Origin: Gammaproteobacteria bacterium
Lineage (GTDB): Bacteria; Pseudomonadota; Gammaproteobacteria; Burkholderiales; SG8-39
DNA: 51,095 nucleotides
NCBI GenBank assembly: GCA_041490545.1
Contig: JBGPTG010000001.1
Location: 1-51,095, forward strand
Direction: 5' to 3'
The position numbers and the translations under genes are program-made. This document shows positions 36,939-44,988 of this stretch, one piece after another (the first letter of the stretch is position 1; every line of letters begins with the position of its first letter). A model generated the notes under the pieces. It had not been told where the DNA came from, did not search any database, and was given only the letters and a program-made list of their open reading frames with translations.

Positions 36939-38036
36939 TCACAATTCCGCAGAGCTTGAATATAGTTTGCCGTAGCGGGTGGACATTGTTGCCAGCGAAA
37001 ATTCCTCAACGAGGAAATCATGGCCGTGCTTGCCCATCTCGCGCCGCAAGTCCACCGACTGCGCCAGCCGCAGCATGGCTTTCACCAGGCCCGGGAGATC
37101 GTCCGGCCCGACGAGCAGCCCGGTCTTGCGGTCGCTGATAGTTTCCGGAACGCCGCCGACGCGAGTTGCGATCACCGGGAGACTGGCACGCATGGCTTCG
37201 AGCAAGGCGACGGAGATGCCCTCGTAGCGCGAGGTCAGGACAAAGATGTCCGCGTTGCGCAGCAGCTCGCCGACGTCGGATCGGAATCCCAGAAGGCTCA
37301 CCTTGCTCTCCAGGTGGTTCACGCGCAGGTAGCCTTCGACGCTTGCACGCTCGGGACCGTCGCCGACGATGATCAGCCGGGCCTGGGTGCCCAACTTCAG
37401 GATCTCGTGGAAAGCACGCAGCATGAGCTGATGATTTTTTATTTCAGCAAGACGGCCGACGGTGATGAACGCTACGTCGCTGCTTCCGGTCTTTCTGCCG
37501 AGGAGGCCGTCATCGACGGGAATGCCGTTGTGCACGGTAACCACGATGCGCGAGTCTATTTTCATTTCCCGCACGATGTATTCGCGAATGGAATCGGATA
37601 CCGCCGCGATCCGATGAAAACAGCGGGAGAGCAATCGTTCCAGCAAGTGACGCAATGATATTTTGATGCGGGAGCTCAAGGTATCGGGGTAAGCAGTATA
37701 GGGACCGTGGGCGGTGTGAATCAGTGCCGGTGTCCGGGCCAGAAAGCCGGCGAGACCGCCTTCGAGAAACACCCCCCATTCATGCGTATGCACGACGTCA
37801 TAGGCATTTCTCCGGATAATCCACGCCAGTCTGAACGGCAGGAGGTAATCGTTGCCTTCGCCTTTGTTGAGGCACAAGACGTTTATCCGTCGGTCGACCT
37901 CGGGTCCGAGGGCCCCAATTTTTTTCACACAGCAGATGGCGATCTCGTGCGTACCGGCCATGCTGTTGGCCAGGCTGATCACGACCTTCTCCGCGCCGCC
38001 GAATTCGAGCGATTCGATGATGTGCAGTATGCGCAT
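36939..38036 (-). CDS. Glycosyltransferase family 4 (resembles PEP-CTERM/EpsH1-associated sugar transferases)
   Basis: MRILHIIESLEFGGAEKVV..TSRYEGISVALLEAMRASLPVIATRVGGVPETI. ATG at 38036. Confidence 0.85.
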   Translation of the reverse strand: MRILHIIESLEFGGAEKVVISLANSMAGTHEIAICCVKKIGALGPEVDRRINVLCLNKGEGNDYLLPFRLAWIIRRNAYDVVHTHEWGVFLEGGLAGFLARTPALIHTAHGPYTAYPDTLSSRIKISLRHLLERLLSRCFHRIAAVSDSIREYIVREMKIDSRIVVTVHNGIPVDDGLLGRKTGSSDVAFITVGRLAEIKNHQLMLRAFHEILKLGTQARLIIVGDGPERASVEGYLRVNHLESKVSLLGFRSDVGELLRNADIFVLTSRYEGISVALLEAMRASLPVIATRVGGVPETISDRKTGLLVGPDDLPGLVKAMLRLAQSVDLRREMGKHGHDFLVEEFSLATMSTRYGKLYSSSAEL

Positions 38037-38062
38037 GGGGCGGCTCGGGGCGCTCGATCGGC

Positions 38063-39202
38063 CTAGCGGCCAACGGCCAGCTCCCGGATCTTGGCGTACA
38101 TTTCCCACGCGGTGACGTAATGCAGGGTGCCGCCGTCATCGCGCCGGTACAGCCGCTCCAGTTCGCTCCATAAGCGCTCAAAGCCATTTTCGGCGAAGAG
38201 CATCTGCATGGACTCTTCCGTCGCTCCGTGGGTGTGGACCTTGATGAAGACGTGCTCCTCGGCGCCCTTGACGCAGATGCCGCAGTCCGCCCACAGCTGT
38301 ACGCGATGCGGCGTCGGCGGAGCATCGTAGGATAGTTCGGCGCTTTCGATCCTGGGGAGGACACCGAGCTTCGCCTCCTTCCAGTTAAGCGTGAGCGGCC
38401 CCTGGATCAGCAGGAGTTCGCCGGCATCGCCCCAGCGGCCGGCACGGACGTCCCTGCCAGCGTCGTGGGATTTGCGCCGACCGGGCCGCCCGCGGCAGAA
38501 ATAGATCGAATTGATCTTGCGGGTCTGGGTGTCGCTGGGGGCCGAAGGCATGGTCATGTCCGCGTAGCACCCTGTCTCCACCAGGATGTCGATTTCGTTG
38601 TCCACGCCGCACCAGCGCCTATCGGGCCTCGAGTTGTCGAGGGCCCAGTTGCCGTGGATGAAACAGTAAATGACTTTTCCCGTGACCGGGTCCTTTCGCA
38701 GCAGGCCGTGCCGCTCATGCAGCGTGGTGGCGTACTCGCCGATCACCCGCCGGAAATTCTCCGCCGTATCGTTGTCGTGGTGCAGGTGCACCTCGACGTC
38801 GCCAAAGCCTTTCACGCAGAGCTGCTTGATCTGATCGACCAGTTCGGGATCGTATTCCTCTGCGGGGTAGAAGAACGTGTGTTTCGGATGGTTCCCGAAG
38901 CTGTCCTGATGGCGTGCAGCGATGGTCGGGTATTGCTCGGTCCACTCCGAGACGCGTGCCTGGGCGCGCGCCTTGTCCACGCCGCCGCCGTAGGGCTCGT
39001 AATGGTCGGCGAAGCAGAAGTGGACGTGACGGTCTGGCGGTCTGCGGCGGAGCAGCCGCACACATTTCCAGACGACATAGGGGCCCAGCCAGTACTGCAG
39101 GTTGCGCGAGCGAATCAGTCGCCACGAGGCGTAGCAAAGAACGCACAGCGCGATGACGGAGATGAATCCGATTGTCAAAGCAACCGCCTTCCCAGGCGCC
39201 AT
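38063..39202 (-). CDS. Membrane-anchored conserved-looking hypothetical protein, His/Asp-rich (possible metal-dependent hydrolase or deacetylase)
   Basis: 379 aa. N-terminal TM helix AVALTIGFISVIALCVLCYASW. Motifs VHFCFADHYEP, VEVHLHHDNDT, FIHGNWALDN and KVHTHG. I recognise no family by eye. Confidence 0.7.
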   Translation of the reverse strand: MAPGKAVALTIGFISVIALCVLCYASWRLIRSRNLQYWLGPYVVWKCVRLLRRRPPDRHVHFCFADHYEPYGGGVDKARAQARVSEWTEQYPTIAARHQDSFGNHPKHTFFYPAEEYDPELVDQIKQLCVKGFGDVEVHLHHDNDTAENFRRVIGEYATTLHERHGLLRKDPVTGKVIYCFIHGNWALDNSRPDRRWCGVDNEIDILVETGCYADMTMPSAPSDTQTRKINSIYFCRGRPGRRKSHDAGRDVRAGRWGDAGELLLIQGPLTLNWKEAKLGVLPRIESAELSYDAPPTPHRVQLWADCGICVKGAEEHVFIKVHTHGATEESMQMLFAENGFERLWSELERLYRRDDGGTLHYVTAWEMYAKIRELAVGR

Positions 39203-39333
39203 TCGGTCTTCCCGGCTGATGCGGCCCTGCGGCCCGGCTCCGCTGACGCTGCAAGATCGGAACTGAATTGCGGACTGACTGCAGCCACGCGGCGCGGCTC
39301 ACGCAAGAACCACGGTCCTCGGGATATGTTGTC

Positions 39334-40404
39334 TCAGCCGGTCTTTTTCCGGCGGTCGACCGTGGATTCCAATCGCAGCTCCGCGCCCGGCTTTTGCGCG
39401 AGGTTCCGCAGATGTGCCTCGATTGCCGCGAGACTCTTGCCGATCGATTCAAGCGCCGGCGCGAGATGCTCGATCTTCTCGGCCTGGCCGGCGATCGCCG
39501 CGAGGGCTCCGGACTGCTCGCGCAGGATCTCAAGCATTCCGCTCTCGGCCGGAAGGGAGGGTGTCTTGAGGCGCTGTTTTTCGACGCGCTCCGCATAAGA
39601 CGGCCACTGCAGTTCCTCGATGGCCGACTCCATCACCTCCAGCGTGACTTCGGACAGGCTGTCGGCATAAGCGCAAGTGAGTGCCATGTCGCAAAGGGTG
39701 TTGATCAGCCGCGGAATGCCCCCCGTGTACGTGAGGATGAATGGCAGCGTCTCGGGCAGGAACAGTGTCCTGTCCTTCGCCCCGACAACGCCTAGCCGGT
39801 GGCGCATGTAGGCGCTGATTTCCTCATCGTTCAGGGAGCGAAGATGGCAGCGCAGCTTGATGCGCTGCCTTAACTGGTCCATTCCGGGATGGTCGAGGAT
39901 TTCTTTCAGCTGCGGCTGCCCGACGAGAATCACATGGAGCACTTTCTGTTTTTGAGTCTCCAGTCCTGCGAGCATGCGGATCTCCTCCAGCACCTTCATG
40001 CTCAGATGGTGTGCCTCGTCCACGATCAGGACGATCTGCCTGCGCCGCTCGAACTGCTTGACGAGGAACCTGTTCAGCATGTCGAGCAGCTCGACTTTCT
40101 TTGCATCAAACGGATCCAGGCCGAGTTCCACCAGAACGGCCTGAAGGAATTCGACCTCGTCGAGCTGTGTCTGGAAAATGTTGGCGACGATGACGTCGTC
40201 ATTCAGTTCTGACAGGAGCTTCTGGATCAGCGTTGTCTTGCCGGAGCCGATTTCTCCGGTGATGACAACGAAGCCTTCCTGGTTCCACACGCTGTAGTCC
40301 ATGTAGGACTTGGCGCGAGTGTGGGCTTCGCTCATGAACAGGAAGCCGATGTCGGGCGTGAGGCGGAACGGCTGCGCGGTTAAGCCAAAATGCTTGAGAT
40401 ACAT
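39334..40404 (-). CDS. ExeA-like AAA ATPase, PEP-CTERM-locus subfamily type (TIGR03015-like)
   Basis: MYLKHFGLTAQPFRLTPDIGFLF..VVITGEIGSGKTTLIQKLL (Walker A) and LIVDEAHHL (Walker B). Confidence 0.85.
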   Translation of the reverse strand: MYLKHFGLTAQPFRLTPDIGFLFMSEAHTRAKSYMDYSVWNQEGFVVITGEIGSGKTTLIQKLLSELNDDVIVANIFQTQLDEVEFLQAVLVELGLDPFDAKKVELLDMLNRFLVKQFERRRQIVLIVDEAHHLSMKVLEEIRMLAGLETQKQKVLHVILVGQPQLKEILDHPGMDQLRQRIKLRCHLRSLNDEEISAYMRHRLGVVGAKDRTLFLPETLPFILTYTGGIPRLINTLCDMALTCAYADSLSEVTLEVMESAIEELQWPSYAERVEKQRLKTPSLPAESGMLEILREQSGALAAIAGQAEKIEHLAPALESIGKSLAAIEAHLRNLAQKPGAELRLESTVDRRKKTG

Positions 40405-40410
40405 GCCTGC

Positions 40411-41772
40411 CTATCTCCGGGGTCGTGGCAAGAAGAGGGGGCCCGTACTATAGCCCAGAACCAGCAGCGCGCGCCGATCCACGAAAGTCGCCGACTGCAC
40501 GGTGCTTTGACGCTCCGTCTGTCCGGCCTCCAGCGTCACGCTGAGGCTGCGGCCCAGTTTGTAGGTCACGCCCACGCCTCGGTTGCGATCCGCGTCCTGC
40601 TCATCGATGCCGGGGAAGGTGCGCCTCATGTACTGCGTGAAAGCATAGGCCTGAGCCTGGACTGAAAAGAGCCAGGACAACGAAAATCTCCCGCCTTTCT
40701 CGGCGTAATCCTGCGGCAGATTCGCGTAATCGACGCGCCGCAGGTATCCCTGCAGGCTGTAACCGAATTGATCACCCCGGTTCACGTAGCCAAACTCGCC
40801 GCGGCGGCTGTGGTATACGTCGGCCGCAGCCACGTTGGAACCGGTGAAAGGAAGCGCAGCTGCGTCGGTTTGAATCGTCGGTATCGTGGGGCTTATCACC
40901 GCTCGAATCGTATCACTGTAGGTATCCGAGATCTGGTCGGCAAGAAAGGCACGAAGCGCCGATTGCGAAGTAAGGGTCAGTTGGGCGGTATATCGCGCGA
41001 GTCGGCCGTTCAGTTCCTGTCCTCCGTATTGCCGGAGGCGCGTGGTGCCAATATCGACCGTCTGTCGGTTGTGGGGCGAGAGAATGTCATAGCGGAGAAA
41101 GAGATCCTCCCGGGAAAGGTCGGTGTAAAAGGCGGGGGGGGCAAATTGGATGCGCGTCGCCTCAAAGTTGAGTGAGACAGCGGTCGGCGCCGAGATCTGG
41201 TGTAGCCAGCGCGTGTAAAGCGTGTAGCGTTCGTTATTTCCCCCGGGACCCTGAACATAGAATCGGCCGTATCGCGCGCCGATCACCGGCACGTCGGTGG
41301 GATTCACGCGAAAGGTAAATTCCGGGCCCGTGCTGAGTGAATTTGTCTTTGTCCGGTTGGCGGGTGTGTCCGGAGCGCTGGGATTGAGATTGACCTCGCG
41401 GAAGGTGTCTTCGACGGACCAGGTGAATTGCCGCGGCGATATCGTCCACACCGCGGCGCTGTCGAGAAAGAACCCGGTATCGTCCTGAAAGGAGTTGCGA
41501 ACGAAGTGACGTTTTTCCGCCTGCGCCACCAGTCGTGCGTTCAGCTCGGCACTGTGCTCCTCATAGCCGAATCCGCCGAACAGCTGCTCCGTCCATTCGG
41601 CGCGCGGGTCCACGGAACTTCCGGTGATGTTGCTGTCGTGAGACAGGGAGTATCCCAAGCCAAAATCATACTGTCCCGCTAGGGCCGGAGCGCCTCCGGC
41701 AGCGGAAAAGTACAGCAACGCGATGAAGCATGTCCGGACCACGCGAGCGTTGTTGCGACCCGCTTCATTCAC
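40411..41772 (-). CDS. Outer-membrane beta-barrel protein of the PEP-CTERM-locus type (TIGR03016/EpsL-like)
   Basis: Signal peptide VVRTCFIALLYFSAAGGAPALAGQ, then alternating beta-strand-like sequence rich in Y/F/R. GTG at 41772 overlaps the upstream TGA (GTGA). The 63-codon ORF-track extension is Arg-rich and runs antisense-free into the upstream gene. Confidence 0.7.
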   Translation of the reverse strand: MNEAGRNNARVVRTCFIALLYFSAAGGAPALAGQYDFGLGYSLSHDSNITGSSVDPRAEWTEQLFGGFGYEEHSAELNARLVAQAEKRHFVRNSFQDDTGFFLDSAAVWTISPRQFTWSVEDTFREVNLNPSAPDTPANRTKTNSLSTGPEFTFRVNPTDVPVIGARYGRFYVQGPGGNNERYTLYTRWLHQISAPTAVSLNFEATRIQFAPPAFYTDLSREDLFLRYDILSPHNRQTVDIGTTRLRQYGGQELNGRLARYTAQLTLTSQSALRAFLADQISDTYSDTIRAVISPTIPTIQTDAAALPFTGSNVAAADVYHSRRGEFGYVNRGDQFGYSLQGYLRRVDYANLPQDYAEKGGRFSLSWLFSVQAQAYAFTQYMRRTFPGIDEQDADRNRGVGVTYKLGRSLSVTLEAGQTERQSTVQSATFVDRRALLVLGYSTGPLFLPRPRR

Positions 41773-42671
41773 CCGCCGGCCCCTGAGGGTCGCATGCGCC
41801 AATGCCGGAGCCAGAGTTCGCGCCAGTTGATCTGCGGAATGCGCGGTTCGTCGTTGAAGACGACGCCAAGCAGCTTCTTGCCGCCGATTTCCTTGACGCA
41901 GTTCTCGACCTGTGCGCCCGTGACGCGCCCGTAGCGCCCGACGAGGATCACGTAGTCGCACAGCTCGGAAAGAATCCGTATGTCCGCGATATCCGACATG
42001 GAGGGACCGTCAAGAATGATGAAGCGCTCCCGATAGCGCCAGCGGACCGAATCGATCAGGCGCCGCATTTTGGCCGAGGTGAAATACTCCGCCGGAATCT
42101 CGTGTCTTCTCCCCGCCGTAATCACCCGGTACCGCGCGATGCCCACGGGTTGGATGATCGTGGACAAATCGAGGTCCGGATTCTCCAGGTAGTCAGTCAG
42201 TCCCGGGGTGGACGGGTCCTCGATCAGGCGGTGCAGGCTGGGATTCCGGAGATTGCAGTCGACCACCAGTGCGGTGTTCGCCGCGTCGAAGGCAAATGCC
42301 GCGGCAAGGTTCTGTGCAACGAAGCTGCTGCCGCTCCCCTTGCTCACGGCGCTGACCAGAATCACACCGTTTTCTCCCTGCCCCTGCAGAATGATCTTGG
42401 TACGCAGATCGCGAAACGCCTGAACCGCCGGGTCATCGACGAGTTGCGGGTAGATGATCCCGTGCCGAGAGAGATTCTCCGCGTCGAGAAGAGGCAGGTC
42501 GTTCTGGTTCATCCGGGAAATGTCCTCGAGCCGGACGAGCTCGCCTCTCGGTTCCGGTACCAGGGCCGTCCCCCGCAGGGGCTCCCGGTCTTCGGCGGAA
42601 TCGGGTCCCGTGCCCGGCTGGTGGCGGTGCTCCCCGCGGGCCCTGTTGAGGGCCTTCTCGATCTTGCTCAT
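41769..42671 (-). CDS. EpsG-like MinD/BY-kinase-fold protein with a non-canonical P-loop
   Basis: MSKIEKALNRA.. The P-loop region VILVSAVSKGSGSSFVAQNLA has S where the GK(S/T) lysine is expected. IILDGPSM is Walker A'/B-like. No C-terminal Tyr cluster. ATG at 42671 lies 1 nt after the upstream stop. Confidence 0.75.
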   Translation of the reverse strand: MSKIEKALNRARGEHRHQPGTGPDSAEDREPLRGTALVPEPRGELVRLEDISRMNQNDLPLLDAENLSRHGIIYPQLVDDPAVQAFRDLRTKIILQGQGENGVILVSAVSKGSGSSFVAQNLAAAFAFDAANTALVVDCNLRNPSLHRLIEDPSTPGLTDYLENPDLDLSTIIQPVGIARYRVITAGRRHEIPAEYFTSAKMRRLIDSVRWRYRERFIILDGPSMSDIADIRILSELCDYVILVGRYGRVTGAQVENCVKEIGGKKLLGVVFNDEPRIPQINWRELWLRHWRMRPSGAGG

Positions 42672-42672
42672 A

Positions 42673-44214
42673 TCACAGCGCCTGGACCATGCGCAGCACA
42701 GAAATGATTGCACACACGGCTACGGTCGACACCAGGGCCACCTTCAGTACCGGGAATTCCGCTCTCAGATCCTTCAGTTCGTCCGGTGTCCAAAGATGGG
42801 GAATGGTGGCCAGGACCGGAACATTGTGCACTTTCGAGATGGAGTCCGGGATGCGGATTCGCGGGTCGACGTGCATCCGGGCGTAAAGCAGCCCGAAAGG
42901 AACCAGTATCCCGAGCGCAAGCCCGCCGAACACAAATTGCCAGAATCGCGGCCCTTTGGGGGCTTGCGGCAGAGTCGCCGGTTCCTGAATGTTGAATGTC
43001 AATCCCTGGCGGTCGTCGTCCAGGCTCATCGAGACGCGCGCCCTTTCGCGACGCCGCAGGAGATCCTGATAAATCTCGCGGTTGATCTGACTGTCGCGTG
43101 CCAGATCGGTCAGGCGAGCATCGCCGCTGCGCAAGCCCTTGCCGCGCTGCGCCTCCTCCCGGATCAGGCGCTGCGACTCCGCGATACGCGCCTTGAGCGC
43201 ATCGACCGTAACCTGGGCTTGCGACAGCTCGCGGCGCAATTGCTGATAGATCGGACTATTCATCGCCGATTCGCTCATTTCCCCGCGGCCGGCACGTTCG
43301 CCCTGGTTGGGCCGCTGGCGCTCGGAATCAAGCCCTTTCGTCAGGTCCTGGATTTGCAGCTTGAGTTGAACGATGTCCGGGTGCGTGTCGAGGTAGCTGA
43401 GCCGCAGCGTGTCGAGCCTTGCCTGCGCCTCGCCGATACGCGACCGCATCTGGCCCTCGCGCGTAATTCCCGCGGTAACATCCGCTTCGCCGGATACTTG
43501 CCGCTCGAGGGAGGCGCGCCTGATCTCCGCTTCCCTCAGTTCCATGGTCGTAGTTTCAATGCGCGCGTTGAGCGCGGCCAGCCGTGCGCTCAGCTCACTT
43601 TCGCTGACGGGGCGTGCGTCCAGGTTCGATCCGCGCGCCTGTCTGATTTCCTGCTCGCTCTGGGCGAGCTTCGCCTCGTATTCCCGGGCCTGCTTGTCGA
43701 TAAAATCGTATGCGGCCCGGGTCTCGGCCGCCCTGGTGGCAACGCCTTCCTGGATGAAGAGCTCGGCGAACTTCTGCGTCACTCGAAACGCCCGCTCCGG
43801 ATCGGTGTCGCGGTATTCGATCTTGATGAGGTTCTTCCCGAGGTTGGAGACCGCCGTGCGCTTCTTGATCCCTTCGACGAGGGACTCCTGCTCCTCGGCG
43901 CTCGGGTGTTTGTCCAACCAGCCGCCGTGCTCCATGATGCGATCCATGATCCTGCGCCCGTAGATGAGCTCGCTCGCGTTCCTGTTCAGGCCACTGACAT
44001 CGGTCGCCACGGCCGCGCCTTGCATCAGCGGCTGGATGATGTTCTTCTCTTCCACGAGAATGGTCGTTGATGCAGCAAAATATTTCGGCCACGTCAATCC
44101 CGTCGCGAGCAGCACCGCGTTTACAAGAACGAATATCCCCACGACCACGCGCCGTGAAATGAATGCTTCCTTGATGAGCGTTCTTGCAATCTGTTCCGGA
44201 TGTATCTGCATCAT
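42673..44214 (-). CDS. Polysaccharide chain-length determinant (Wzz/PCP), EpsF-like (TIGR03007-like)
   Basis: An N-terminal TM helix, a long coiled-coil-like E/R/Q/A-rich centre and a C-terminal TM helix FVFGGLALGILVPFGLLY. The N-terminus IKEAFISRRVVVGIFVLVNAVLLATGL is typical. Confidence 0.8.
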   Translation of the reverse strand: MMQIHPEQIARTLIKEAFISRRVVVGIFVLVNAVLLATGLTWPKYFAASTTILVEEKNIIQPLMQGAAVATDVSGLNRNASELIYGRRIMDRIMEHGGWLDKHPSAEEQESLVEGIKKRTAVSNLGKNLIKIEYRDTDPERAFRVTQKFAELFIQEGVATRAAETRAAYDFIDKQAREYEAKLAQSEQEIRQARGSNLDARPVSESELSARLAALNARIETTTMELREAEIRRASLERQVSGEADVTAGITREGQMRSRIGEAQARLDTLRLSYLDTHPDIVQLKLQIQDLTKGLDSERQRPNQGERAGRGEMSESAMNSPIYQQLRRELSQAQVTVDALKARIAESQRLIREEAQRGKGLRSGDARLTDLARDSQINREIYQDLLRRRERARVSMSLDDDRQGLTFNIQEPATLPQAPKGPRFWQFVFGGLALGILVPFGLLYARMHVDPRIRIPDSISKVHNVPVLATIPHLWTPDELKDLRAEFPVLKVALVSTVAVCAIISVLRMVQAL

Positions 44215-44247
44215 GTGCCCCTGAAAGCCCTTTGGCAGGCTGTCCGG

Positions 44248-44871
44248 CTAGAACAGCCTCTCGGGAACCGTGATCACGTCACCCGGCCTGAGCACCAGAT
44301 TGGTCTCAAGCCGGCCCTTGGCGAGTATGTCGCCAAGCGAAATCTCGAATACTTCCGTCTTGTCTTTGACTTTGCGGTAGAGTTTGGCCCGATTCGGCGA
44401 TGCGAATTCGTTCACGCCCCCGGCTTCCAGCACCGCATCGAGCACGGTCATTCCCTGGCGGTGGGGCATCGAACGCGGAGTGCGCACGGCGCCGGTCACG
44501 CGCACGCGCGTCAGGAATTCGTGCGATCGCAATTCCGTAATGATGACCGCAACGTTGGGCTCGCGAATGTACTCGGCGAGCCGCTTCTTGACGCTTTCGG
44601 CCACCTCGCTCGCCGTATGGCCGCCCGCCTGGATGTCACCGATGATCGGCACGGAGATTTTTCCGTCGGGCCGCACCGGGGCGGTCACGGTCAACTCTGG
44701 GTTGCGCCAGACGCTTACCTGTACCCGATCGTCCACGCCGATGCGGTAGTCCTCGGGAGTGGGCGCCTCACTCTGAACGTCCGGCTGCTGCGAAATCCCC
44801 GCATCGAAAAGCGCGCAGCCGGCTCCCATCAGTACCACCGCAGATATTCCAAACCACCGAAAACCTTTCAT
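44248..44871 (-). CDS. Wza-like polysaccharide export lipoprotein, EpsE-like (TIGR03027-like)
   Basis: Lipobox in MKGFRWFGISAVVLMGAGC. Poly_export motif EDYRIGVDDRVQVSVWRNPELT. SLBB-like GDVITVPE. RBS AAGGAGAG. Confidence 0.85.
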   Translation of the reverse strand: MKGFRWFGISAVVLMGAGCALFDAGISQQPDVQSEAPTPEDYRIGVDDRVQVSVWRNPELTVTAPVRPDGKISVPIIGDIQAGGHTASEVAESVKKRLAEYIREPNVAVIITELRSHEFLTRVRVTGAVRTPRSMPHRQGMTVLDAVLEAGGVNEFASPNRAKLYRKVKDKTEVFEISLGDILAKGRLETNLVLRPGDVITVPERLF

Positions 44872-44988
44872 CTATCTCTCCTTGCTGCACCCCATCCTGG
44901 CACTAGAAATGCGAATCTCCGGTCATGCGTCGGCTTCCGGAGGGTTGTCCGCGACTGAAACGGCGCGAGCGAACCCGCTAGGTTACAC

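Noticed and set aside
35930-44070. Plus-strand ORFs 35930..37138 (402 aa), 38465..39598 (377 aa), 41802..42707 (301 aa) and 42454..44070 (538 aa)
   Set aside because: All lie antisense to well-supported operon D genes (GT4s, the hypothetical protein, EpsG-like, EpsF-like). No motifs, and skewed Arg/Ala/Pro composition.
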